This document shows positions 52,412-64,000 of a stretch of 64,000 nt of DNA, piece after piece. Position 1 is the stretch's first letter, and every line of letters begins with the position of its first letter. The notes under the pieces were generated by a model. It had not been told where the DNA came from, searched no databases, and saw only the letters and a list, made by a program, of their open reading frames with translations. The DNA is from Tubiluchus corallicola (lineage: Eukaryota > Animalia > Priapulida): contig JAQGDQ010000131.1 of NCBI GenBank assembly GCA_030141605.1, forward strand, positions 248,001-312,000, written 5' to 3'. The position numbers were made by a program, and so were the translations under genes.

Positions 52412-53782
52412 TCACACTGTAGATTTTTTATCACAATCATTCATATCTAAATGCGTGCTTAGTTCAGAGTTGTGAGGTAATACAGGAGATGCAGAGACAG
52501 GCACGCCGAGATGGTTACCCAGTGTGGTCAATTCGGTTCTACCTGTTGCGGTTGGCTCCCTATTACCATTCTTGTGCAAATTAACAGCAGAGTAAGTGCA
52601 CCCATCTCTTGTCACTGTTGTATTGATCCGCAAAGAACCCTCCTCTTGTCTGCTCTTACAACAAAAGTGACTCCACATGCGACTAAAGAGCGAGCCGATT
52701 TCATTCCGTATGGAGTTGTTAAGCCAACCATACAGGAGTGGATTCCAACATGCCGAACTCATGGCAATGGCATGACAAACGGCAAACGGCAAGTTGCCAT
52801 TAACGGCTGTCAGGCTGAGTAATTGCGGCTTGAAGTCTGCTATTAAATTGTATATGTTTAGTGGCAACCAACTTATGGCAAAGATGACAGTAATGGCGAC
52901 CAGCACATGTGCAGTGCGATTGGTGCGCCGTCTTTCCTTTTCTTGTTTGGCGGCACTTTGGGAATTAATGTTGGCACACATGGTTCTTCGATGGTACTTT
53001 AGGAATGCGGTTATTCGGGCATGTGCAATGCTGACAGTTATGACCGGAAGAAGATACTGAATCACCATCACCCCAATGACTGCAACTGTCTTAATTACTG
53101 TATTTGGTGGAAAAGTTTCCACACACTTTTCATACATGATTATACCTAAATCATCGGCACCTGGTGTTACCACATCTGTGTAAAGAATCCATGGCACAGA
53201 TAATAGAAAACCGAGTGCCCAAGTTATGGAAATTTTAAGAATGTTGCCTCTGGAAGTACTAGATGTCTTTGACGAAGACGTTACAATCACGTTATACCGA
53301 TCCAGTGCAATGGCCGAAAAACTAAATGTGGAAACAAACACGTTCGTGGCTTGAAATGTTGGTACCATCTTACACAAAACTCTACCATAAGGCCAATCCC
53401 AACGAATTAGTGTGATCAACGTGAAAGGCATGCATATGACGCAGAGTGTTAAATCAGAAACAGACAAGTTTGCTATGTACAGGTTCCTGGCTGTCCTTAA
53501 CCCAGGATTGTTGGATATGACATAAATCATGGTCAAGTTTCCTAACAAACTGATGACTCCCAGTATCAAATACACAGCAATCAGAGTCGCCTTGAAGACT
53601 GGCGTGAACAACTCCCTGTTAGTGAACTGTTCCTTGTACTCTTTGAGAATCCTGTTAAAGTCATCCTCGCTGAAGTTGGACAAGTCGAAGTGTGTGATAT
53701 TGCTGCTGAAGTTGATGGACATGGCTCCTAGTTGCAGCTGTTGCAGATCCAGCTCCTCCAAATGGAATTCAATTGTAGACAT
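52412..53782 (-). CDS. Neuropeptide Y/F receptor-like rhodopsin GPCR, 456 aa, single coding exon
   Basis: Seven TM segments; GN in TM1, RNLYIANLSVSDL..CMPFTL, WPYG..LCK, AIALDRY, SWLPL, CWNPLLY; N-terminal glycosylation sites. A splice acceptor cttttcag near 53807 implies an upstream 5'UTR exon. Confidence 0.92.
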   Translation of the reverse strand: MSTIEFHLEELDLQQLQLGAMSINFSSNITHFDLSNFSEDDFNRILKEYKEQFTNRELFTPVFKATLIAVYLILGVISLLGNLTMIYVISNNPGLRTARNLYIANLSVSDLTLCVICMPFTLITLIRWDWPYGRVLCKMVPTFQATNVFVSTFSFSAIALDRYNVIVTSSSKTSSTSRGNILKISITWALGFLLSVPWILYTDVVTPGADDLGIIMYEKCVETFPPNTVIKTVAVIGVMVIQYLLPVITVSIAHARITAFLKYHRRTMCANINSQSAAKQEKERRRTNRTAHVLVAITVIFAISWLPLNIYNLIADFKPQLLSLTAVNGNLPFAVCHAIAMSSACWNPLLYGWLNNSIRNEIGSLFSRMWSHFCCKSRQEEGSLRINTTVTRDGCTYSAVNLHKNGNREPTATGRTELTTLGNHLGVPVSASPVLPHNSELSTHLDMNDCDKKSTV

Positions 53783-54769
53783 GATGACAGGTGGTGTTTT
53801 AAGAACCTGAAAAGAGAAGAAAGAACAGTGTTAATTGCTCAATTCAAAATGAAAATGTAATTAAATGTTTTCAATGTTTTCCCTCCTTCACATTCATATG
53901 TTTGTCTTTATAACAGTTTGTATAATTCGTATCAATTTAATTTCTGTCTCTGAAAACTATAGAAGTATAGAAATAGCGATAAGTTAACCGAAATTGAGAT
54001 TACACTTGTGTATTCTTAGAAGCCTTCAAGCCTGCCATAGCTTGACATTTATAACAGGCAATAGTAAATCTGAATTAAGCAGAATGGTTGTACTGTGTTG
54101 CAAAAATAGTTGTCCACTATAAAAAATTTGTTTCACCAAAGTCTGGGGTTTTGCTTTTTTATGCAGTGAGCCTGGCTAAGCCATCCGTCGCAGAGCCAGA
54201 GATCGATTGCCTTTTTGTTACAAAATGACTAGTCCTCAGCTTCATACCGGAATCTAATTAGCTCTGTGAAAGTTGACTGAACTAAACGCATAAATTTGGT
54301 CCCAACACAAATCTAGAATCTCATCCTTTTAGTTTTTACAGGTTTTAAACACGATGCCAATCAAGTGCTTATAAAGCGTATTTTAAACGGGCAACCCCAC
54401 TTGGCCATATATTGCAAAAGCATTCAGTACGACCACTGAAAAATGGTAAAATTTGTTCAAATTATGTTTTGCCTATGCCCCGTACATTGGCCTTCTCTTT
54501 CCATGTTGTTATAGACATATAAAAATATAATTGAGCGTTATCGAAAAACCTTATGCTATAGTAGACTCGAACTATAGACATGTCATGTCATTTTTCAGTA
54601 AGTATCTTTTTGAATTCTATAACCATCTGGATTGTTATCGTAAAGTATGCCTCTTTCAATTCTCTAGTTATTCTCCTTACTTTTAGAACTTTTACTACCG
54701 AATGTTAACAGCTAAATAATATGCATAGGAACCTATAATTTCTTAACAGCAAGAAAAGATATCAGTTGG

Positions 54770-54862
54770 CACAAATATCCGACATTAAAGGATTTTTTTA
54801 ATTTTTTGATTAAAACAACATTTCAACTGCTGTGACCATCTAGCAGTGATCGTCAGGGAATT
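54770..54862 (-). ncRNA. Degenerate Penelope-type minimal hammerhead motif (arm 1 of an inverted repeat)
   Basis: Minus strand reads CTGACGA-TC-ACTGCT-agatggtcac-AGCAGT-T-GAAA-TGTTGTT. Stem I not convincingly paired. Confidence 0.45.
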
Positions 54863-54889
54863 ACAGTTAACAGAATATTGTACATTGTA

Positions 54890-55200
54890 CAGTGTGGAGT
54901 TCACATTTGTTAAAAGACATTGACCTTATTGAAAATGTACAGAGACATTTCACTGAACGCCTTTTCGCAAGATGCGGTTTCGCTAAAGCCTCGTACCCTG
55001 AGAGGCTGAAAATGTTAGACCTAGAACCACTAGAATTGTGTTACCTCCAGAATAAATTTGTTACGTGTTTTGAAACTATTCATCATGAAAAGGACCCAAA
55101 TACAGACCTTTTTTCATAGAGTGCCTACCTTTACTAGAGGTCACAATCTATACTTGTATGTAAAATATTGAGGAACTGCATTTCTTCTCCAGAAGAGTTT
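54890..55200 (+). mobile_element. CR1 LINE ORF2 C-terminal remnant
   Basis: VWSSHLLKDIDLIENVQRHFTERL...SYPERLKMLDLEPLE, followed by TRGHNL. Confidence 0.85.
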
Positions 55201-55587
55201 AATATACGTACAAACAAGGCGTTTATTCAAGACAAGAGTTAAAAATATCAGCCTCATATCAATGTCAATATTTAATTTTTGATAAACACATGTAAGTAGG
55301 GAAACATCTTTGTGTTGTTGGACTTAGAACATGACACAACCTTTTCTCTTTTAGGTTTTGTATTTTAATAGACCTTGTATTTTAATGTTATTATACTGTT
55401 TTTAGGTTTTACTATGTTTTAGTTAGTTTTAACTTCTCGTCTTTTTACATAAAATGTTTTTCTATACCATGGGCTAAGTGAGAATGAATAATTTAATTAA
55501 ATAGATTTCAAATAAATAAGGAACTGCCAAAACCAAAGCATTATGACAAAAAACTTGGTCTTTCGTAATTTGAAATCGTTGCTCACT

Positions 55588-55672
55588 TACTGTTGATGAC
55601 TGCTAGAGAGCAGTTGAAACATTGTTTTAATAAAGAACGTTTAAATAATTCTTAATTGTGGGAATATTTGTA
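55588..55672 (+). ncRNA. Degenerate Penelope-type minimal hammerhead motif (arm 2 of an inverted repeat)
   Basis: CTGTTGA-T-GACTGCT-agag-AGCAGTT-GAAAC-ATTGTT; core A6 is mutated. Downstream ~60 nt are homologous to the inverted arm 1. Confidence 0.4.
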
Positions 55673-58600
55673 TATTAAGGGACGCGCACATGCAGGAATG
55701 ATATAATAATAATGAGCTGTTGTGTGAATAGAAACAGCAAGATAGTGAGCGATTTGAGAATGTTTTTGCTATTATTCGCTCTTATACATCATAGAAGCTA
55801 GTGTCCTATAGTTACGATAGGATAGTTATGTCCTGTGTGAATTTACGATGCCAAGTAATGGTTCCCGGATAAGCTGGTCGTTATAACTGGGCTATGAAAA
55901 CGGCTAGCCCATAGATGAAATGGGCTCATCTCTCGTAAACCTGGGACTTCAGTCCACGCACTTATATATAATTTTGGCACATATGCGGGTGTCAACACGT
56001 TCACATTATCAACACCATGAATCTTTCTGCCACAAATAACGATGTTGCAGACTTGCAGTATTGCAGTGTTGCAGTGTTGTTGTCTACCGGGGTTTGGATT
56101 ATTTTGCAAACATTATGCAGACTATGCGTCTATCAGAATTCTATCGGAATAAGAAAAATAGCTCCTATCTGAATACTTATAAAGGACTTAGCGATGTCTA
56201 AGGATTAACTGGTAAACCCATCATACGTATGGATATCCATAAAGTAGACAAGGCGCAATGCAGCATGGTCTACATGGTCGTAGTCTACTCCTTGCAAGAC
56301 TGAAGACTAAAAACTTATTGAAGGTTAAAATACATTGTCCGAATTTGTTTGATAGGCGAAACGCCAATCAAATGTAAATCATCTTATGTATGTAGATGAC
56401 ACGAGCCTAGTAGCGATGCTCTGCCCTACGTTATAAGTCGACTATAAGTCTTACAGGGAATCTATAAGAATCTATTATGCAAAGGAGCACGAAACTGTAA
56501 TTAACTTCATTTCAAAACCACAAAACCACAAAGTCTCACTGGACATTCCCGTGGGCCAAGTAAATTTAATCCCAAAATCTGCACTGAGGAAACATACCTA
56601 GGGAGCTGACTCTAAAGTACAGATGTAAAATCGCTGCCTAGCAATTATAGAAAAGGGCTTGTATATAGACGTAAATTAAAGTCGCGGTAGTAGACTTGTG
56701 AAGCCAGGTAGATTCAGGTTGAATCGTAGATAGAAACTGTTCAACATAATCATCTGCGCAGTTACAATTAACTATCATGAAGGGGGAAATATCTTTGTTA
56801 AGGGTTCATACGTAAAAAGTATTCACAGCTAACTTGCATATAAACTAAATCTTTTGCGCGTCCTGTCCTCTTCTCGGGCGTATTATCCAGTCAAGGGTGA
56901 GCTATACTTATCCAAATTCACCAATGAGAATTAAATAGTAAACCAAACTAACGAAATTAAACTAATAATTTCATAACAATTATTATGTTCTATTAAACTG
57001 CTTTTATTCTTCAGTTGGACTTGCAAGCTTGAAACTTGTTTTGGTGGTTTCCAGATAAAACGAAAATTGACCAGAATTTTGATTCACTGTTGTTTTTTAT
57101 CCAATTACTGTGCCCGCGATAATATTTCTCCCAATTACGCTGCTTAAGTCTAATGATAACATAGAAAAACGCATAATTTGTTTTTCTCCAAAAATCTCAA
57201 ATCTCTAGGCGCATCGTCATTTTTCGTCATTCATCTCAGTTTTCACCGAGATGTACATTTCTCATCTTGCCCCAAAGGAATCCTCTTTACGCAACAAAGC
57301 CTTAAACTCGCATTAGTGCTGAAAAACTAGCTGATGTGAAGAAAGATGGGTATTATTGTGAAACCACTTTTTTCATGGTTGTTTTCTGCATTCTGACATG
57401 AAAATATTCAGCGTTAATGAGTAAGCACTGTTAGACATTGCTACTGCACATTGCATTCCGACACGCTTCTTTCGATAGTCTTTAGATACATAAATACTGT
57501 TACACTTCAATTATCGTTATTGTCACAGTACTCTATGTGACATAGCCAAAGAAGAAATTTACCATTATACATTAATTATAGTTAGATATACTTACTAGAA
57601 GATTAAACTAGTCTGCAATGCAAAGCATTTGGCTGCTCGATTATTCTGTTTTTTTCTACCCTTCTGCCCAGCTATTTTATTTAGAACACCATTTACCCTT
57701 GTCATAGAATCCGAGTTGTTTCGTAATATACGTTATTCAGAACAACATTTACTGTTGTCGCCATCCGTTTTTTCGGTAAAAATTTAGAATACTAAGTGAT
57801 CCTGTTGTGACGTCACAACATTAAAAACTGATAAAACTGATTCAGTGTTGACTAACAACGAGAACCACGACAACAACATCAAGTGAATGCGAAACAGACC
57901 TCTTTACAGAGTTACTCCGCAAGCTAGTAACCCATAAAGTCGTCACAATAACTGAGTGAAACGTTATGTACAGAGTCTCACAAATATATTACCAGCTATA
58001 AAAACACCCAATACGGCCAGTATTCCTTTGTAAGATAAGTTACATCACCCGCAAAGATTAGTAATATTTGTTTGTCAGCTATTGTTAACAAATTCTGCGT
58101 CAGTATTAAGCAGAGGATATACGCAAATACTTGACTGATTGATTTTTTTGCATTTAATGTTACCAAGATGTGGCTGCCAATTTTTTAGTCAGTTATAGTT
58201 CCGGTGGTTAGAGAACCTTTATAGACTGCAGTAAAAGACACGTATGTCTATAGTAAAATCCTGAGCTTTACCCTTTTATTGCAAAAGCAATGTTAGACGT
58301 AAGTCAGATTCTCACTTGTTTTAGCAGGCGTTGCTGCACCAAACCACAAGCAGCGCAGCCTGGTACCTGAACTCAGCGGTTTCTCTCATTAAAAATGGGC
58401 AGCATTAAACATAATTGCCCCGAATGATGGGTTTAGAAAACTGACCCGCGTCATTTAAATGACAAACAAGAGAACAAGACCAAATTAATGAACCGCCTCT
58501 TTCAGCGAAACGCAAACAGTGATATTGGAGTAATTAATACTTCAAAATGCATCACCGTCGTGTTTTGATGGTGATACTGATGTAATTGGTTCCTGCTACA

Positions 58601-60273
58601 CCACAGCTACTATTCATGCTTTAATGCTCGATTATCAAGTCAGCTAGGCAAACTTATTTGCTTAAATTTTAAAATGCGATTAGCAAAGCATGTAAATGTC
58701 ATCTGCATTAAATTTTACAGAATATTCGCCATTATTTAAGTCCCCAGAAGACTTAATAAAATACAGAGGATTATATTTTACACACAATGGATGTCGTATA
58801 GCATGTTCTCGGGTGGATCTGTTCAAGAATTATTTTCTTAGTCAATGGTACTGTAGTGGCTCTGGCTGACAAAAACACATTGGGAAAGCTAAATCGCAAG
58901 TGACCGTTTGCAGCAGCATATATCGTACATCGAACATATTTTCTTTATATTTTTAGACAGTGTGAAGTTCTCGAATTACAGAAAATTGGTACCAGATTAT
59001 CACTGGTTACAAATGTTGCTCCACTTATAATGTTCAGGTGTAAAATATCTTCTAAAAAATTCAGAATATTATTGATCAGTACAGTTCACATTTAATCTTC
59101 AGATGACCTGTATCCTCGAAACAAAATCTACCTAATTTCTTCAAGGGCTTTTATTTGCTATGACATTCGTGGTTTAAAATGATTTAAATACCAATACTTT
59201 TGTAGAACCGCAAAAACAGCAATGAAATCACTTCCAGCTAGTATGTAAATTACTTCCGTCGGCAATTTTTAGTCACATGAAACTTTTCTAAAGCCTTTTT
59301 GTCGCCCTGATTTTCAAAACTTATTTAGCCTCGAATCAAACAAAGTAGGAGAAATTCCAGAATAACTGCAAAAACTAAGAATGAACGTCCATTAAGCTTG
59401 CCGTGACGCCCAAGGTCAGAGGTTACCACATTACCATTGCATACTTGCCATATTGTAGGTTTACAAAAATTTGAAATTTAGCAAATAAGGGGAAGCTCCA
59501 TTTTATCTTTATTATTTTGCTTTTGCTGGCCTATAAACTAAAAAATATATGAAGGCGGAAACGCCACACTCACGCTGCAAAGCCTAAAATAAACAGACTA
59601 CATTTTCCATTTGTGGAAGGAAGTAACGGCAGCTATAACATCAAACTATTAAATTACTAGGAAAACAGGTGCGTGATGCGGGAAGATGTACGCTTTTTTC
59701 TTGCAGCTTTTGTGAGAAATTTTAGAAGGTTATAAAGTCGCAAAGTCATCTGAGTAATTCGCCAAGGAAGCGAACAAATTGCGAACGCACCAAACGATGT
59801 ATAAAATCACTGACTACGTGATCTTGATGGCCAATTACTCTTTCCAGGTTTTGCTAATATCCGTTCTAATAATGCGTTACTCACTAACATGAAGATTGGT
59901 AAGAATGTATTAGTAACAGAACCTATCATAAATAGCTTGTACTCATTCCTGTCTACAACAACAACGACGATTACAACGCATTTAAGCCCCACTCTTGGAA
60001 TGGGTCCAGTTACATGCACTATATTTGGAAGCACTGAAATTAAAACACTGACTAACTGTATAGTCTATAAGAACATTATTCTGCTTTCGGCTTGAATAGC
60101 CTTGCATCTTATTTGTAAGAGAGGGAGTGTCGCTAACGATTAATAATCCATCACCTAGTCAGTTTAATGTGTCATACTATTTACATGAAAAACCAAATAA
60201 GCGCAGCAAAAACGAATGCAATAAGCGAAGTAAATTACAGGTAAAACACTGTAGAAAAAACTGCACGACAAAT

Positions 60274-60276
<3 letters not shown>

Positions 60277-60350
<74 letters not shown>
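60277..60350. repeat. (CT)n microsatellite
   Basis: Directly visible. Confidence 0.98.
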
Positions 60351-60353
<3 letters not shown>

Positions 60354-61445
60354 GCTTTTTCATTCACCAAGCTGGTCTCTTATGATGTCATCGAATGAAA
60401 AATACTTCAAGTTTAATAGCCTCATTAATACAGGGGGGAAGTTAAAACAAATTATACTCAAAAGTAATCGCAGGTGGATATAATCGCACGCAGTTTCTAA
60501 AGTTAATCATTATAACATTTCTTGTTTAATGTGTTTTTCTATTTTTTCCACCCCTTCCAACAACATTTACTCAACATGACGTTCCGGAAATCCGCTCCTA
60601 TATTCAACTAATCACTGTTAGATAGCATATTATATATAAGAAGAGAAATACACATTTTAACATTTTATTTCTCTCTCCTTGATGTACTTAGCTTGATTTG
60701 TTGAAAACTGTTTTATTGTTTGTAAAACTTTTATTTCCGCGAGCTTTTATTGAAGATTTAAATGAGCATGACTTTCCACTCCTTATTGTCACGAATCAAA
60801 AGTCAACGAAGTTCTTGAAGAATTGAGTCATGACACAATTCTTTTCAGAAACCAACATTAGTCGTACCCATGCCTGTTTTTGGCCCTCAGTAAGTAACGC
60901 TGCAAATAACGGCAACTGAATATTAAGATAAGTGCTGTTTACTCAATATTAAAATTAATGTTCTATTAAAATTAATGTTCTTTCTTTTTATTATTTTTCT
61001 TTTTCTTTTTATTTTAACTAATACACATAGTACTATATTACAGACATTTACAACACACATATAAAATTATCGATAAGGCAAATTAAAAAATAACTAGAAT
61101 TAACTAAAATACATATTAATTTTTACTTGCAAGTAGGCCTACAGTACACGGTTTCTTAATCTATAGCAGCTCTTCCTTATTAAAACTTTAAGCTGTGGAA
61201 CATTATTATGCGCACATATATAAGAGGTTCTCGTACCTAATTCACAATTATTAAGAGCGTCATTTACACGTCGATCTGAGTTTATATCTGTCTGAGGACA
61301 TCCATATGCTACTACAATAAATTCCACTTCAATACGATTTGAAAAACGTACGTTTCACTTCATCTAAGCAAAAGTAAAATTTACTATATAGTCTATTAGG
61401 TCTTGTATAGACTAATTTACCTGGTTAACAATGGTGCGCTTTAAA

Positions 61446-62295
61446 ATTGGTACTAGTAAATTTGGTACATATAATTTAGCCCTGAGGAAATTTTAGTACA
61501 GGGAAATTTTGGCACTGGGAAAATTTGGTACAGGGGAAATGAGGTACTGGTAAATACAGTACTAACAGTACTAGCGAAGTTTTGTCAAGCATTTTTGCTA
61601 CAAGTAAACATAGTACAAGGTAAAACTGGTACCAGAATACGCTTTAGGTTTGGTGCTAGGAAAGTGTAGTACTGGAAACGTTTGGTACTAGGAAGGTTTG
61701 GTACTATGCAAATCTTTTTTCATATAACCTGCTCGAAAAAGTTATAGAGGTTCGTATTGTATTTATTTTTAGATGTTTTTTGTTTGTTTGTCTGTTGTTT
61801 GTTACTTGACATTGTTGTTGTTGTTGTTTTTTGTCTGTTTCTTACTCGCTCTTTTGTTCTGACTATCATCATCATTATCGTCATCATCATTATCATCATC
61901 ATCATCATCATCATCACGGCTGCCATCATTGTTATATTCATTCGATATAGAAGCGCTTTTTTCCGTCTAGTATCAAATATTCCAGTACCAAGCTTTCCTA
62001 GTACGAACTTTTCCCTGTACTATATTTTCTTAGTGCAAAAACTTCCTTTTACCACACTTTCTTAGTACTAAAGATTCTTGGAACCATATTTTCCTTCTAT
62101 CAAACATTCCCTTATAATAGCTTTTTCTAGTACCAAAAATGCCTTGTACTTAAAAACCATAATACCAAACGTACCTGTACTAATATTGCCATGTACTAAC
62201 AATTCCTCATATGTACCAAATTTTGCCAGTACCAAACTTTCCTCGAACCAAATTCAACAGAACCAAACTTGCCGGTATGAAACTTACTTGTACCC
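61446..62295. mobile_element. Foldback-like element: inverted arms built of ~15-16-bp subrepeats
   Basis: Left arm has ggaaatttggtact-like units (61446-61705); right arm has agtaccaaattttcc-like units (61966-62295); the centre is low complexity. Confidence 0.6.
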
Positions 62296-62993
62296 AACTA
62301 TATCTACTACATCACTATATTTTTCACTTTTACTGATATAAATTGGTTTACAATTAGGAATAAACAGTTACATCTTTCGCATATTTTCGCGGAAAAGTAT
62401 AGACATTTTCTCATAGTTTTGGTGTTTTTTATTCTTTTCAATGCGGGATAATCATTCCTGACACACTTAGTATAAAAAGAAAAACAAAATCGGTGAAACA
62501 ACAAAATTAGTGATTTTTACATTGTAAGACACTGCAGTGGAATATATATAATGGTTTATGAAATAAAACCCCTACTATTACCTACTATTAAGTTCATTTA
62601 AGCAAATATACTTTTATATTAAGTCGAGCTACGTAATGTGCATCGGGTATACAATATGTAATGAGATCCTGGAAATGTGGACTACTTGACAAGCTATAAC
62701 GTTAAAGGCAAAGGCAGCTTGGAAAAACACAGGAAACAAAAATCTATAAAGGGAAAATTATAGCGGCCTAGCCTTTATTAATCTGCACATTATTAGAGAG
62801 TCGTATACTGTAATTGAGTTTCCCTAGCTTGCATTTACGTTTATTAAGAGCACACAGCTTGCAGGCGAATACAGGACAGTCAGATCTATCACTGACTGCA
62901 CAGGCCACATAAAGCCAACTAAATTAATAACTATACATCTCAGAATGTTTAGAGATAGCCAAACCGTGCTTGTATCGTTAGCGTCTTATACAC

Positions 62994-63317
62994 GTTTCAC
63001 ATCGCAAATGTAAATCATTTTGAAAAAAAGATATTAAACCGCGTTGAAAACTTTCTCAGAACGGCTTGAGATCACACGGGAGCCCTAAACGTTTTCAGAA
63101 TGTTTTCATAAAAAATGACCAAACCATATTAAATCGTTTTGGAGGGTAGACCTAAGTTTAAAACACCCTCAAGCCATTTTGCATTAAAATCCTTCGAGCC
63201 GACAACCTTATGCAAGCAAATGGGAATAAAAAAATCCCATCTTCTCTTTGTTTCTCTCAGTGACCGCGTGAATAGTCAATGGCGAAAACGTTTTGAAACC
63301 GTTTTGCCATGTGAAAA
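62994..63317. mobile_element. Possible small MITE (PIF/Harbinger-like)
   Basis: Inverted tttcacatcgcaaa / tttgccatgtgaaa, with internal aaacgttt(t) repeats. TSD not resolved. Confidence 0.4.
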
Positions 63318-63709
63318 AGATGCCTGCATGTCCTGTCATAATGTTCTTAAACAGCTACTGTGAGATAAACAATTATTTATTGATTACGTGAAACGGATTG
63401 TCATTCAGTCATTCTAAATTAAATTTTTGCATTATTGTCATTGGAACATGACGTTGTCGATCAGAGCAGTCGTCTTGCCAGTATTTAATAGTTTTTTATA
63501 CATTTTTGGACGTACAAGTTTTGTTCTAAGGAAATAGTAGTCCCAAATCTGACCCCCAAGATTAACTTTTGCGCTTACCACAATGCTCTGCTTTAGCAGC
63601 TGTCTGTTGTCTGTTGACAGAAGACTGTTCTTCTACGTCTTCTACGTCTGTTAGAGATTCAATGACGAAGATGACGGAGATGACGAATGACAGTCTGTTG
63701 AGCCAATTG

Positions 63710-63920
63710 GGTGTAGGTGGACAGGATGTAGTTGGGAGAGAATTTCCATTATTGCTGTGGGCGGAAATGAAGGTTTTTTGTGGAGGAGTTCTCGTCGATG
63801 ACATGGATGTTGACAACAGCTCACTGTTTTCTTACGGTCACACGGCCAGAAGAATACTTGAAAAATATTTCTTGGAAGTGACAATTTTTTTGAGTCAACC
63901 TTCAACCGTTGGCTTTAAAG
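63710..63920 (+). pseudogene. Third serine-protease paralog fragment (pseudogene)
   Basis: VGGQDVVGREFP...FCGGVLVDD, frameshift, TWMLTTAHCF, then LGSDNFFESTFNRW; aligns with GGEEVVEREF..CGGTII..WVLTAAHCF..IGDNNVWESPVIRW of the 39.5-kb copy. Confidence 0.8.
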
Positions 63921-64000
63921 TGTTACGTGCTTCCTGGAATTTTACTTCAGTTCTCGTCTTACCATGATATTGCTCTTGTGCGAAAGAAGAATCTGTTGAG

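Overview
AT-rich, microsatellite-rich animal (invertebrate, probably protostome) genomic DNA with spliceosomal introns; all exon models were built by hand from GT/AG sites and reading-frame phase, and family assignments are from motif recall rather than database searches. Left to right: (1) 5' part of a HEATR4-like gene (minus strand). (2) A divergent 6-exon CLAMP/C1a-32-domain gene (plus, 435 aa) whose last exon is a lysine/serine-rich SPKK repeat tail; a perfect RFX X-box lies between the two genes. (3) An intronless alpha-1,2-fucosyltransferase (GT11) nested antisense in intron 4 of the CLAMP gene. (4) A multi-exon astacin-EGF-CUB-Thr-rich-TSP1 metalloprotease (minus) with two paralogous, apparently mutually exclusive terminal exons. 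(5) A small decaying family of intronless trypsin-like proteases: one intact catalytic domain with a broken 5' end and two pseudogenes. (6) An intronless-CDS NPY/NPF-receptor-like GPCR. Mobile DNA includes a full-length 5S rRNA-headed SINE with an RTE-derived body and TSD, a hAT element inserted at a CR1 remnant, a GG..CC MITE with 8-bp TSD, a THAP-bearing DNA-transposon relic, CR1 and RTE-like LINE remnants, and an inverted pair of degenerate Penelope-type hammerhead motifs. No CRISPR array or prokaryotic system is present.
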